Below are positions 6,292 through 15,543 of a DNA stretch of 16,867 bases, piece after piece. A program made the translations under genes and the position numbers. The number at the start of each line of letters is the position of its first letter. Positions within the stretch are counted from its first letter, which is position 1. Source of the stretch: Promethearchaeati archaeon (GTDB taxonomy: Archaea > Asgardarchaeota > Heimdallarchaeia > JABLTI01). The notes under the pieces were generated by a model that had not been told where the DNA came from, searched no databases, and saw nothing but the letters and a program-made list of their open reading frames with translations. The stretch is taken from assembly GCA_013166835.1 (NCBI GenBank), contig JABLTI010000059.1, positions 1-16,867 of the forward strand, given 5' to 3'.

Positions 6292-8004
6292 TTATTTTAA
6301 TTGTGCTTTGATCTTTTCAGCTGCTTCTTCTCTGAGTGGTCTACGCAAGACTTTTCCTACTGGACTTAGTGGTAATTCTTTGCGATATTCAAATTCTTTT
6401 GGCACTTTATATGGTGCTAAAACAGATTTGCAATATGCTTTGAGTGTTTCATAGTCGTGTTCAGGTGCTCCTTCAGCAGCAATTATTACAGCTTTTATAA
6501 CCTCATTTAGACTTTCGTCTTTGAATGGGATTACAGCAGCGACTGCGATATCTGGATGATCAATTAATGCTGATTCAACATCTAGTGGCCAAACTTGATA
6601 ACCAGAAGTAAAAATACAATCTTTCAAACGATCAACGATTGTGAAGAATCCTTTTTCATTCATTTTTACAACATCTCCGGTTTTCAGCCAACCATCAGGT
6701 AACAGAACATTCGCAGTTTCCTCAGGTTTCTTCCAGTAACCTTTCATTACTTGTGGACCTTTAACTAAAAGCTCCCCTTCTCTTGTTAAACCATCGTCAT
6801 CGAATTCCTCGGGAATGTCCTCACCAGTTTTTATGTCAATTATTTTAGCCTGTGTGTTTGTTATTGGTAGACCTATTCCGAATTTTCGCAATTTGATATC
6901 TATGGGATTAACATGAGTAACAGGTGAAGCTTCTGATAATCCGTAACCTTCAACTAGTAAGGCACCAGATTTTTGTTCAAAATTTTCCATGACACTTAAA
7001 TGAAGTGCACTTCCACCAGATATACCACATCTTAATGATGACCAATCATAGTCAGAGACTTTAGGATGTTCTGCAATTTTTTGATACAATGTTGGAACAG
7101 CCATGAAGAAATGTATCTTGTGGTCTTGGATAGTTTTCATAACTACTTCTAGTTTTCTTGGATCAGGAATGAGGGATATACTGCCAGCAATACTTATAGG
7201 CCAGAGGAATGAAGTTGTTAAGCCGAAAATATGTGAAAGCGGTAATGCTGCAATAAAAGTGCTTTGAACTCCAGGAATTGTACCACCAATCCATTCCATC
7301 CAATAGTCTAGAACGATTGTTTGGGATATTAGATTGTAGTGAGTTAGCATTGCAGCTTTTGGTGTTCCTGTTGTTCCGCCAGTATATTGTAAAGCAGCTA
7401 TGTCTTCTTTTGGATTTAATTTAATCTTAATGTCCTTCTCAGTTCCATTTTTCACAAGATCTTTATAAATTATATCCTCTTCGTTTGGTTTTGGATTCTT
7501 CCTAGCAATTACGTTTTTGTAAAGGAATCCCTTTATTGGGCTTAATCCATCTGCAACTGAAGAAACAATTACATGCTTTAATTTTGTCTTATTTTGAATT
7601 GGTCGAATTCTTTCTAAGAACAAATCATGTGTTATCAAAGCTTTTGATCCACTATCTTTCAATTGAAATAATATTTCTTTTGAAGAAGCAAGAGAGCTTA
7701 AAGCTACAACAACCCCACCTAGGGAGAGGATACTTATGTAACTATGAGCATATTGAGGACAATTAGCCATCAATATTGCTACACGATCACCTTTTTTAAT
7801 TCCGAGTTCTGAAAGTGAATTAGCCAATTTTTTGATTATTCTGGCTGATTCTTCATATGTAAACATTCTACCCTCGAAATAAAGAAAGGGTGATTTGCCT
7901 GCTTTTTCGGCTGAATCGAAAAACATGGAAGCTAAATCTTTGTCTGCTGGAATATCAATCTCAGCGGGTATTTTTGAATGATATAATGATTGCCAACGAG
8001 TCAT
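6292..8004 (-). CDS. fadD: Long-chain fatty-acid--CoA ligase (FadD/LcfB-like, ANL superfamily)
   Basis: QYTGGTTGTPK P-loop, LPLSHIFG, EGYGLSEASP, GELLVKGPQVMKGYW, WLKTGD, DRLKD and the A10 motif LPLSPVGKVLRR. AGGAG RBS at 8014-8018. Confidence 0.93.
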   Translation of the reverse strand: MTRWQSLYHSKIPAEIDIPADKDLASMFFDSAEKAGKSPFLYFEGRMFTYEESARIIKKLANSLSELGIKKGDRVAILMANCPQYAHSYISILSLGGVVVALSSLASSKEILFQLKDSGSKALITHDLFLERIRPIQNKTKLKHVIVSSVADGLSPIKGFLYKNVIARKNPKPNEEDIIYKDLVKNGTEKDIKIKLNPKEDIAALQYTGGTTGTPKAAMLTHYNLISQTIVLDYWMEWIGGTIPGVQSTFIAALPLSHIFGLTTSFLWPISIAGSISLIPDPRKLEVVMKTIQDHKIHFFMAVPTLYQKIAEHPKVSDYDWSSLRCGISGGSALHLSVMENFEQKSGALLVEGYGLSEASPVTHVNPIDIKLRKFGIGLPITNTQAKIIDIKTGEDIPEEFDDDGLTREGELLVKGPQVMKGYWKKPEETANVLLPDGWLKTGDVVKMNEKGFFTIVDRLKDCIFTSGYQVWPLDVESALIDHPDIAVAAVIPFKDESLNEVIKAVIIAAEGAPEHDYETLKAYCKSVLAPYKVPKEFEYRKELPLSPVGKVLRRPLREEAAEKIKAQLK

Positions 8005-8082
8005 AAAACTGTACTCCTATTTTCTTAAAGTATGTTATAGATGATGAGCTATCTTATATTTCTATCCTTCTTTGAATAGGGA

Positions 8083-8098
8083 TATTTAAAGATTTTTC
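8083..8098 (-). promoter_or_regulatory. Putative BRE-TATA promoter of the acyl-CoA ligase
   Basis: The minus strand reads gaaaaatc-TTTAAATA, a good archaeal BRE+TATA match. Confidence 0.6.
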
Positions 8099-8224
8099 AG
8101 AAAAAATGATTAAATCTATACTCAAAATTAGGTGAAATTATGATTGAAAATCGATAAATAACTTTAATTCTATACTATGGTCAGAAATAAATGTGAATTA
8201 GATTATTCGTTGAAGGATGCTAAT

Positions 8225-9100
8225 TTGACAAAGAAATCAACTAGAAATCCCAAAATACTTGTAATAATTCCTGCAAGAAATGAAGAACAATTCATAGGAA
8301 AAACAGTTGAAGCACTTGGTATGCAAAAACCCAAACCTACAAAAGTCATTTTAGTAGATGATGGATCAACCGATAAAACAAGTGAGATATCAAAACGTGC
8401 AGCAGAAAAAGTTAAATTAGATTTTAAAATTCTTAATAGGAAAGATCGAGGATTTACAGCATTAGGAATGGCTACTCTTGCAGAGGTCTATAATGATGGA
8501 TTTAATTCTGTGGATCTAAGAAAATTTGATTATCTTGTGATTAATGGAGCTGATTCTCTTCTTGCGCCAGATTATTTTGAAAAGATTCTTGAGTATTTTT
8601 CAGACAATTCTAATCTTGTAATTGCGAGTGGTCATTGTCCTGGTGAAGGAATTAATGTAGGTCATGTGCATGGCTCTGCTGGAAGAATTTATCAGATGGA
8701 TTTCTTCATAGAAGATTGCAAAGGAAGATATGAAATTAGCTATGCTTGGGAATCTATTCCAATATTTATTGCAAATATAAATGGAAAGCAGGTAAAAAGC
8801 TATAAAGAACCTATAGTCTATCATTTGCGTCCAAGAAGCACACGCGCACCAGATAGAATCCATGTTTATCGAGGAGCAGCTATGCGGGAAGTCGGATATT
8901 GGACTCCTTATGCATTGGGTCGATGTTTTCTAACCAGTTTTCGTAGAAGACAAATTAAAGCAGGAATTCTGATGTTTATCGGATATCTAAAGGGAAATGT
9001 AAGTAAGAAGAGGAAAATCATGGCACGTGAATATAGAAAATATCAAATTAATTTAGTTAGGAACAAAATACTGTTGAAAAAAAGAAACTATTTGGTTTAG
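8225..9100 (+). CDS. Glycosyltransferase family 2 (GT-A fold)
   Basis: ILVIIPARNEE, VDDGSTDKT and NGADS (degenerate DxD). The start is moved from ATG 8177 to in-frame TTG 8225 because GAAGGATG lies 5 nt upstream. Confidence 0.9.
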   Translation: MTKKSTRNPKILVIIPARNEEQFIGKTVEALGMQKPKPTKVILVDDGSTDKTSEISKRAAEKVKLDFKILNRKDRGFTALGMATLAEVYNDGFNSVDLRKFDYLVINGADSLLAPDYFEKILEYFSDNSNLVIASGHCPGEGINVGHVHGSAGRIYQMDFFIEDCKGRYEISYAWESIPIFIANINGKQVKSYKEPIVYHLRPRSTRAPDRIHVYRGAAMREVGYWTPYALGRCFLTSFRRRQIKAGILMFIGYLKGNVSKKRKIMAREYRKYQINLVRNKILLKKRNYLV

Positions 9101-9116
9101 TTCGAATATTTCCGTT

Positions 9117-10484
9117 TTATTTATGTGAAATTCCTGAGCCTAGCTGAATAAGTAAATAATGCCCCTTAACATTTTTAGCTTTAATTCTTCTTCTACCATC
9201 TATTAAAACTACTTTTTTCGCTAATTGCTTTCTGATATCAACTAATAATTCATCAGTAAAAACATTATGTGAGGTCATCATCGCAATTGCATCAGCATCT
9301 TTTATTGGTGCATCATTAATTGATTTATATAATTTGCAACCCCAAATTGTATCTGTATCCAAAACATAGGGATCAATTAGAATTACCTTTGCACCTTTAT
9401 TAAGAAGATTCTTAACAACAATTTCCGAAGGAGCTGATCGTAAATCCCCAGTGTTTTCTTTATATGATACTCCAAAGATGATTATTTTTGACCCTTTAAC
9501 TGATTTCTCAATCTTATTTAATCCATCTTGAATTAATTCTGTCATATGATAAGGCATCCAATCATTAAGACGTCTACCAGCTAAAATGATTTCAGGATTG
9601 TAACCTAATTCTTTAGCTTTTGAAGTTAAATAATAAGGATCATGTGGTAAACAATGCCCACCAACACCTGGTCCAGGCATATATTTAATAAAATTCCATT
9701 TTGTTGAAGCTGCTTCAATTACTTCTATAGCATCTATTTCTAGCAACTCACAAATAAGTGCTATTTCATTCATTAAGCCAATGTTAAGATCTCTTTGAGT
9801 GTTTTCAATAACCTTTGCAGCTTCTGCTGTTTTAGTGTTCCTAACAAGTAAGATGCCATCTTCAATTTCAGTTATTGCTTCATATAGACTTTTTAATATA
9901 ACAGCAGTTTCTGGAGTATCTGCACCTATAACTCGATTTAGTTTTGAAATCGTATGTTTTTCATCTCCTGGATTATATCTTTCAGGAACATAGGCAAGAT
10001 GAAAATCAATTCCAGCTTTTTTCTTAGAAACTTTAGCAATTGTAGCACCAAGGATTTCTTCTGTAACTCCTGGATAAACAGTTGATTCAAGAACAATTAT
10101 CTGATTTTGCTTTAAATTCTTGCCAACAAACTCACCTGCTGATATTATATAACTTAAATCAGGGACTTTTTGAGCATTCACTGGTGTAGGTACAATTACT
10201 AAAACAAAATCGCACTCATTAATACATTCAGGTGAATCATGAAAAGTAATATTCTTGGTTGAAAGAGCTTTCTCTAAATTTTCTTCAAGACCAACATCAT
10301 AGAATGGAAGTTTATTTTCGTTTAAAACAGCGATTTTTTTCTTATCAGTATCAAACCCAAAAACTCGGAATCCAGATGATGCAAAATGTAAAGATGTAGG
10401 TAATCCTACATAACCTAATCCCATAACACAAATTTTAGCCTTTTTATCAGCCACTAATTTTTTTAAATCTTCAATGAAAGACAA
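9117..10484 (-). CDS. UDP-N-acetylhexosamine 6-dehydrogenase (WbpO/TviB/WbpA/WecC-like), producing UDP-HexNAcA
   Basis: GLGYVGLP, VPTP, LESTVYPG, PERYNPG, AEAAKVIENTQRDLNI, TKWNF, catalytic GGHCLPHDP and YKENTGDLR. Probable start is TTG 10484 with GGAGG at 10492-10496, whereas the track starts at 10544. Confidence 0.94.
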   Translation of the reverse strand: MSFIEDLKKLVADKKAKICVMGLGYVGLPTSLHFASSGFRVFGFDTDKKKIAVLNENKLPFYDVGLEENLEKALSTKNITFHDSPECINECDFVLVIVPTPVNAQKVPDLSYIISAGEFVGKNLKQNQIIVLESTVYPGVTEEILGATIAKVSKKKAGIDFHLAYVPERYNPGDEKHTISKLNRVIGADTPETAVILKSLYEAITEIEDGILLVRNTKTAEAAKVIENTQRDLNIGLMNEIALICELLEIDAIEVIEAASTKWNFIKYMPGPGVGGHCLPHDPYYLTSKAKELGYNPEIILAGRRLNDWMPYHMTELIQDGLNKIEKSVKGSKIIIFGVSYKENTGDLRSAPSEIVVKNLLNKGAKVILIDPYVLDTDTIWGCKLYKSINDAPIKDADAIAMMTSHNVFTDELLVDIRKQLAKKVVLIDGRRRIKAKNVKGHYLLIQLGSGISHK

Positions 10485-10638
10485 AACCTTTCCTCCAGAA
10501 TAATTAAAATACTTATGATTGCATTCGTGAGCATTAATTGGCAACTTATTAATAATAAAGTTTTTTTCCGACCAGTGTATTTAAAAATTATATTTTAAAA
10601 ATTACGTCATTTTCTATTATTGGTTATATGATATGATA

Positions 10639-11133
10639 TCATATACTTAATTTTCTAATTTCTACAAAATTGTTTTCCAAGATAAAAGACAAAATTGTTT
10701 TGAGATTATAAGGAGGTTGTTTGTTATAAATAATTGAATAAATTGGTGTTTTGACTTCTTTCTTTAGATTATCTACATGACGACAATTTTCTTGGAAATC
10801 ATCAATAAAGACTATAGCATCAATAGTGATGTTTTGAGTTTTTAGATCAAAAAGAGCTTCTTTTACATGATAGTTTTTCTTTCGAAAGTCTGCTATTATA
10901 TCAACAAAAAAATGTGATAATTCTAATTCATTTAGTGTTCGTTTAACTACATATGGTGGATTCCTACTAGTAATGTATAACAAAACACCTTGTGTGTTAA
11001 GTTTTTCTAGAAGTGATGGTAAGCTATTTTCAATTAGTTCAATTTCTTTTCTATTTGTTACTAAAGTCTCATCAAAATCAAGAAAAACAGCTATCTTTGA
11101 TTTTGAATTTTTGCTGTTATGATTAATCATCAT
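10639..11133 (-). CDS. Capless HAD phosphatase (subfamily III, MDP-1-like)
   Basis: FLDFDETL, ITSRNP, K in FRKK and FIDDFQEN. It is short with no cap domain, and its start overlaps the ATP-grasp stop. Confidence 0.8.
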   Translation of the reverse strand: MMINHNSKNSKSKIAVFLDFDETLVTNRKEIELIENSLPSLLEKLNTQGVLLYITSRNPPYVVKRTLNELELSHFFVDIIADFRKKNYHVKEALFDLKTQNITIDAIVFIDDFQENCRHVDNLKKEVKTPIYSIIYNKQPPYNLKTILSFILENNFVEIRKLSI

Positions 11134-12253
11134 CTTCACTTGAAGCTAATTTTTCTAACTGAAAAATATTGTTGTTATAATTGAAGAATTCTATAAAACT
11201 GCGTTCAAGTTTCAAATTATATTTTATCTTAGGTTTAAAATTGAAATCAAATTGTTTTAAAGCCATTTCAATTACTATTTCAGGGATATTAATTCCTGCA
11301 GCAACAGACATAACAGTTGTTCCTTGTAATCTAGGATTGATTTCAATAACATGATATTCACCTTTATTTTTTGCTGATTGTCGTATTTGTATTCCAACAG
11401 AATAAGAGAATCCATATGATTCAACCATTTTTTCAAGGTAAGTATTCATAGACGAAGGTAGTTTTTCAATTACTCCTTTTGTTGTTATCCCACCAACCAT
11501 CTTTGTTCTTCTTCGAGGTAAAATAGCAAATGTTTTTCCTTTGTAGCAAAGAATATCAATAGTATATTCTGGATCTACTAAATATTCCATTAAAAGCATT
11601 TGAGGAAATTCATCACTTAGAATATTCAGTACCTCTTCTTTCGTTGAATAAGTATTATTTGGTTTTTCGTCAAAAAAGATTTGACGTCTGTCTTTTGTTG
11701 GATCTAATATTCGAAAACCACGACTACCACTAGCATGACAAGGTTTTATTGCAATTGGTTTTTCAGGATAACCCAGTTGATCTAATGCATTCTCAAACTC
11801 AATTCTTGTTTTGGCAATGCGATAATCCATCGTAGGTAAACCAGCAACTTCCCTCAAGTAATCTAACATATAATGCTTATTAATTGCCTTTTTCATAATC
11901 TCAGGGTTAGGTGTTACTATAGTAGGTATAGTGTTTATTGAATTGAATTCCTCTAAATTCTCACAAATAGAAAGTTGATCATCTGTTCGAATTGGAATTA
12001 CTACATCAACTTTCTCTTTTTGGCAAATTCGCAATAACTCCCCAACAAAATCTGATGAACGATTATCTGGTAGAATAAATGATTTTTTTGCTAAATGTTT
12101 CGCAATAAAACTGGTTTTCCAATCCGTGGCAATGAGTTTTATATTAAATTTTTTACTTAAAAATAAAGATCTAGCAATACTAGAAAAACCAGGAGCATCA
12201 GCACCAGTAACAAGAACTGTTATTTTTTTTTGTTTTGTCAGGATAATATCCAC
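11123..12253 (-). CDS. ATP-grasp ligase (CPS-like/PylC-like stand-alone type found in polysaccharide loci)
   Basis: VLVTGADAPG pre-grasp domain, NK, IKPCHASGSRGF, MEYL..PEYTID and IEINPRLQG. Confidence 0.9.
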   Translation of the reverse strand: MDIILTKQKKITVLVTGADAPGFSSIARSLFLSKKFNIKLIATDWKTSFIAKHLAKKSFILPDNRSSDFVGELLRICQKEKVDVVIPIRTDDQLSICENLEEFNSINTIPTIVTPNPEIMKKAINKHYMLDYLREVAGLPTMDYRIAKTRIEFENALDQLGYPEKPIAIKPCHASGSRGFRILDPTKDRRQIFFDEKPNNTYSTKEEVLNILSDEFPQMLLMEYLVDPEYTIDILCYKGKTFAILPRRRTKMVGGITTKGVIEKLPSSMNTYLEKMVESYGFSYSVGIQIRQSAKNKGEYHVIEINPRLQGTTVMSVAAGINIPEIVIEMALKQFDFNFKPKIKYNLKLERSFIEFFNYNNNIFQLEKLASSEDDD

Positions 12254-12879
12254 CTTATTATTTCAAAAGCTTCAGCGTATTTTACTTGAATTTGAGTTCC
12301 ACGAGTGATTGCAAGTGATTGGATGAATTCCGGATTTAAATACGAACGATATTTTTGTGTTTGATAACAAGAAAGTGCTTCAATTTTCTTATCTATATGC
12401 TTTCTTTCTAAGATGTGAAAACAGTTTGTTGGAAATGAAATATTATTCCAAGGAAGTTCGTAACCTAGTAAACATCTTGTTTTGAAGGCACGTAAACCTT
12501 CATTACTTATCACTTGATGGTCTTGATGAATATCTTTTGTTGAAGGGAGAAATACTAAATCTGGGTTAATACTTTTTCTTAATTCTATCATTTTATCGAG
12601 AATCTCTTGACGGTGATATGTGAAAGTTCGCACTTCATGATTACCGATAAAAGCATTATTTTTTTTAATTCCAAGAACTTTCATTGCTTTTCGAAATTCT
12701 ATTTCAAGGGTATTTTCTGGCAAATCTTTTGATAAAGATCTACTAGCATTAGAGAATGCATAAATATAAACATCAACATCTTGATCAATTAATGATGCTA
12801 TAGTGCCACCCATTCCAAGTTCCCCATCATCTGTATGTGGTGATAAAATTAAAACTCGTTTAAAACCAATATTTTTCAT
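12238..12879 (-). CDS. PIG-L/LmbE-family Zn-dependent N-acetyl sugar deacetylase
   Basis: SPHTDDGELGMGG and DIHQDH metal motifs, plus AEAF near the C-terminus. Likely start is ATG 12879, because the track's GTG 12894 lies inside an AAGGTGA RBS. Confidence 0.92.
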   Translation of the reverse strand: MKNIGFKRVLILSPHTDDGELGMGGTIASLIDQDVDVYIYAFSNASRSLSKDLPENTLEIEFRKAMKVLGIKKNNAFIGNHEVRTFTYHRQEILDKMIELRKSINPDLVFLPSTKDIHQDHQVISNEGLRAFKTRCLLGYELPWNNISFPTNCFHILERKHIDKKIEALSCYQTQKYRSYLNPEFIQSLAITRGTQIQVKYAEAFEIIRWILS

Positions 12880-13162
12880 ATTAATGATAATCACCTTCTT
12901 TGTATTTGAAATTTTGTTTGTTGTTTTTTGATTACTATTTTTTTTATATTAATATTTGGTTTTTAATTACTTATTTGCAAATTTTGAGAAAAGTAATAAC
13001 TGTCTAATGTGAAAAATAATATTCAGAATCAATTATTTACTATCAATAATTGGAGCAATTTAAATCATGAATTATAATTGTATTTTATATGAGATAAAAA
13101 TTAATTTAAATATTAACAAAAAAATTAATTATCCAAGAATCTCTCATTAATCAATCTTAAGC

Positions 13163-13170
13163 TTTAAATA
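13163..13170 (+). promoter_or_regulatory. Putative TATA box (TTTAAATA) for GT4
   Basis: TTTAAATA ends 26 nt before ATG 13197, the spacing expected for a leaderless or short-leader archaeal transcript. Confidence 0.55.
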
Positions 13171-13196
13171 AATTCACATTCAGGGACTTTTTGATA

Positions 13197-14342
13197 ATGG
13201 CAAGAATTGTAATGGTTTCTCATTCAGTTTCACCTGACAAAAGAGTAGACCAGGAAGCAGAAAGCTTAGCTAAACAAGGTCATAAACTCTACCTTATTTG
13301 CGGAAGAAAAAGGAAAGCTGAATCATCTCCCAAAGTATATGAAGAAATTTTCCTTATTCCCTTAAATCGAATGCAACAGGCTTTCTACTATTTCCCAGTT
13401 AGAGTTGCTATAAAGAAATATGCAAAAATCTTTGCCAAAATAAAACCCGATGTTGTTCATGCACATGACTTGATGGCAGCATATATTGCATCCTTTTCAA
13501 TTAATAAAAACATGAAATTTGTTTATGATGATCATGAAGTTTGGGAATTAACTAAAAAGCAAAAATCTGAAAATATCAAAAATCCAATTAAATTTTTGAT
13601 TCGAAAAAAATTATATTTTGATAGTAAAAGAATAAGTAAAAAAGTCATGAAAAAAGCAGATCTAATTATTGTTGTTAATGATTATTGGATAAAGTTCTAT
13701 GAAAAAAGAGGAGTAAATCCGAAAAAGATTATAACAATCGAGAATTTTCCTAAAAAAGAGCTTATTGATGAAGCTCTCAGCAGAGAAGATTTGATAGATG
13801 ACTTTTTTATTAAGGATCCTAGAAGTAAAGTTGTTGTTTCATCCTCAGGTGCAAAAGTTACTGCCGATGTTAGTCGAAATGTGATAAATTATGCTGAAGC
13901 TATTTTTGAGCTTGATAATTGGGTTTTAGTAATTTTTGGACCAAAAGATGAAAGATTAGAAAAATTAGATGCTCATTTCATATCATATAAGCCATTAATA
14001 GAATATCTTTCTTACTGTTCAAAATGTAATGTAACTATACATCCAGCATTACTAAATGAGAGGTCTCATTATGGTTCACCAAACAGAATTTTTGAATCAG
14101 CTTTATTAGGATTAAGAATTATTTCTAGTAGAGCAAAAACATTAGTGGACAAATTCAATAACTACCTTATCTGGGCAGGCCCTGAAACTTCAAAAGAAGA
14201 CTTGATTAAAATATTTATGAATATTGATGATTATCCAACAGGAAAGGAACTTATGGAATACGGAAAGAGATTCATCTGGGAAGATCAAGTAAAGAAACTA
14301 ATTTATCGATATGAAGAGATACTTAAGAATCCTAAAAATTAA
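13197..14342 (+). CDS. Glycosyltransferase family 4 (GT-B fold)
   Basis: RIVMV...DKRVDQEAESLAKQGH, KPDVVHAHDL, VYDDHE, ADLIIVVN and SPNRIFE (SPNKxFEY-like). Confidence 0.88.
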   Translation: MARIVMVSHSVSPDKRVDQEAESLAKQGHKLYLICGRKRKAESSPKVYEEIFLIPLNRMQQAFYYFPVRVAIKKYAKIFAKIKPDVVHAHDLMAAYIASFSINKNMKFVYDDHEVWELTKKQKSENIKNPIKFLIRKKLYFDSKRISKKVMKKADLIIVVNDYWIKFYEKRGVNPKKIITIENFPKKELIDEALSREDLIDDFFIKDPRSKVVVSSSGAKVTADVSRNVINYAEAIFELDNWVLVIFGPKDERLEKLDAHFISYKPLIEYLSYCSKCNVTIHPALLNERSHYGSPNRIFESALLGLRIISSRAKTLVDKFNNYLIWAGPETSKEDLIKIFMNIDDYPTGKELMEYGKRFIWEDQVKKLIYRYEEILKNPKN

Positions 14343-14529
14343 ATCTTGAAACAAATTTCTTTGAAAACTAGTAGAATTGTCTTTCAATAAAAATCCTCAT
14401 AATTCTCTAAAACAGCTTTTTTTACTTCACTAAATTCTTTATATTTTCCTTTTTTTCATGATAGAATTTTTCAAGTTCATTCATGTTAAACACTCTTACG
14501 TTCATGCAATATTTCTTATTTCTAATACT

Positions 14530-15543
14530 CTATTTTATTTTTCTGTCCCAATTCTTTGGATCTATTGGATCACTTGGGAATCTTTCATAACCTTCACCAG
14601 TTAATAGGAAGTAAAGGATACCATCTGTAACCAATTTACTAGATTGTACTTCTTTTATAATCTTCTGAATTAAAGAAGTAGTTTGTTTTATTTCCATTTT
14701 CTTATAATTGAACTTCTCCATGTATTCACCAATGACAAAATCAGCTAACCAAATCTCCCATTCTTCCAATTTTGTTTTCCATATATCAACCATTTTCGAA
14801 GATATACCATTGATTTTTTCCTTAAACATAGAATTCCCTGTCCATTTTTCACCTGATTTGTCAGTAAAGGTTTTAGAATCTAACATCTTTTCATCGGGCT
14901 CCAAATCCAAAGTGTTACAAATTTCGCTTAGGACTTTTTCTGAGTTGTTTACTAAATCCTCATATCTAATTGGAGCATATCGTTTATTTTTGAAACGAAT
15001 TTTGTATTCTTCCATTAAAGCCATTGAATCACGACAATTCAGAATCGCATCTAAGTAATCATTACCTGGAGCATTAGTCATTTTTTTCCATGATAGCAAA
15101 ATTGCTCTAGGATCTCTTATAATGTGAATAACTCGACCATTTGGAAACATTTCAAAAAAAGCTGGTATTTTTGTCCATACGAGAGTTGTTTTTTCACCCC
15201 AAAGTTCTGCTTCCGAATTCACAAACAATAATTCTCTCATTAAATTATCATAAATTAATCCATAAGTCACATTTTGATTCTGTAGCTTTTCGATTACTTT
15301 TTTATCATCAAAATGCATGTCCCACCTATCTGCAATTCTCTCTTTAATATCTTTAACAAGAGCTTTTACATTATCAAAATTAGATATTGGATTGTATCTT
15401 TCATAACTAAAACGCATGAAATTTACAGAATCATAAATAAATTCGATTTTTGGATGGTTCTTAATTATTTGTGCGATTAGAGTAGTTCCAGACCTAAATG
15501 CACCTGTTATTAGAATTGGTCCATCCGTTTTCATTTTAATCAA
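14530..15543 (-). CDS. PAPS-dependent sulfotransferase (Sulfotransfer_3-like)
   Basis: 5'-PSB loop GAFRSGTTL, WGEKT, 3'-PB IRDPRAILLS and RYEDLV. The start is TTG 15543 (overlapping the upstream TGA) or ATG 15534. Confidence 0.93.
   Translation of the reverse strand: MIKMKTDGPILITGAFRSGTTLIAQIIKNHPKIEFIYDSVNFMRFSYERYNPISNFDNVKALVKDIKERIADRWDMHFDDKKVIEKLQNQNVTYGLIYDNLMRELLFVNSEAELWGEKTTLVWTKIPAFFEMFPNGRVIHIIRDPRAILLSWKKMTNAPGNDYLDAILNCRDSMALMEEYKIRFKNKRYAPIRYEDLVNNSEKVLSEICNTLDLEPDEKMLDSKTFTDKSGEKWTGNSMFKEKINGISSKMVDIWKTKLEEWEIWLADFVIGEYMEKFNYKKMEIKQTTSLIQKIIKEVQSSKLVTDGILYFLLTGEGYERFPSDPIDPKNWDRKIK

Noticed and set aside
6209-6454. 81-aa plus-strand ORF
   Set aside because: Overlaps the fadD 3' end in antisense and runs through the terminator hairpin.
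7536-7766. 76-aa plus-strand ORF
   Set aside because: Entirely antisense within fadD.
8600-8863. 87-aa minus-strand ORF
   Set aside because: Antisense within GT2, with no recognisable features.
9799-9993. 64-aa plus-strand ORF
   Set aside because: Antisense within the conserved dehydrogenase.
11123-12253. ATP-grasp as carbamoyl-phosphate synthase, pyrrolysine PylC or a RiPP ligase
   Set aside because: It is a single stand-alone domain with no carA, pylBD/pylS or precursor peptide; the context is glycan biosynthesis.
12126-12308. 60-aa plus-strand ORF
   Set aside because: Antisense across the PIG-L / ATP-grasp junction.
12238-12879. PIG-L as evidence of GPI-anchor biosynthesis
   Set aside because: It lacks an N-terminal membrane anchor and resembles the soluble LmbE-type proteins of prokaryotic polysaccharide loci; no other GPI pathway genes are visible.
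13067-13150. 27-aa ORF MNYNCILYEIKINLNINKKINYPRISH with an upstream GGAG
   Set aside because: Composition (N/I/K/Y) is what random AT-rich DNA yields, and it lies in a promoter region.
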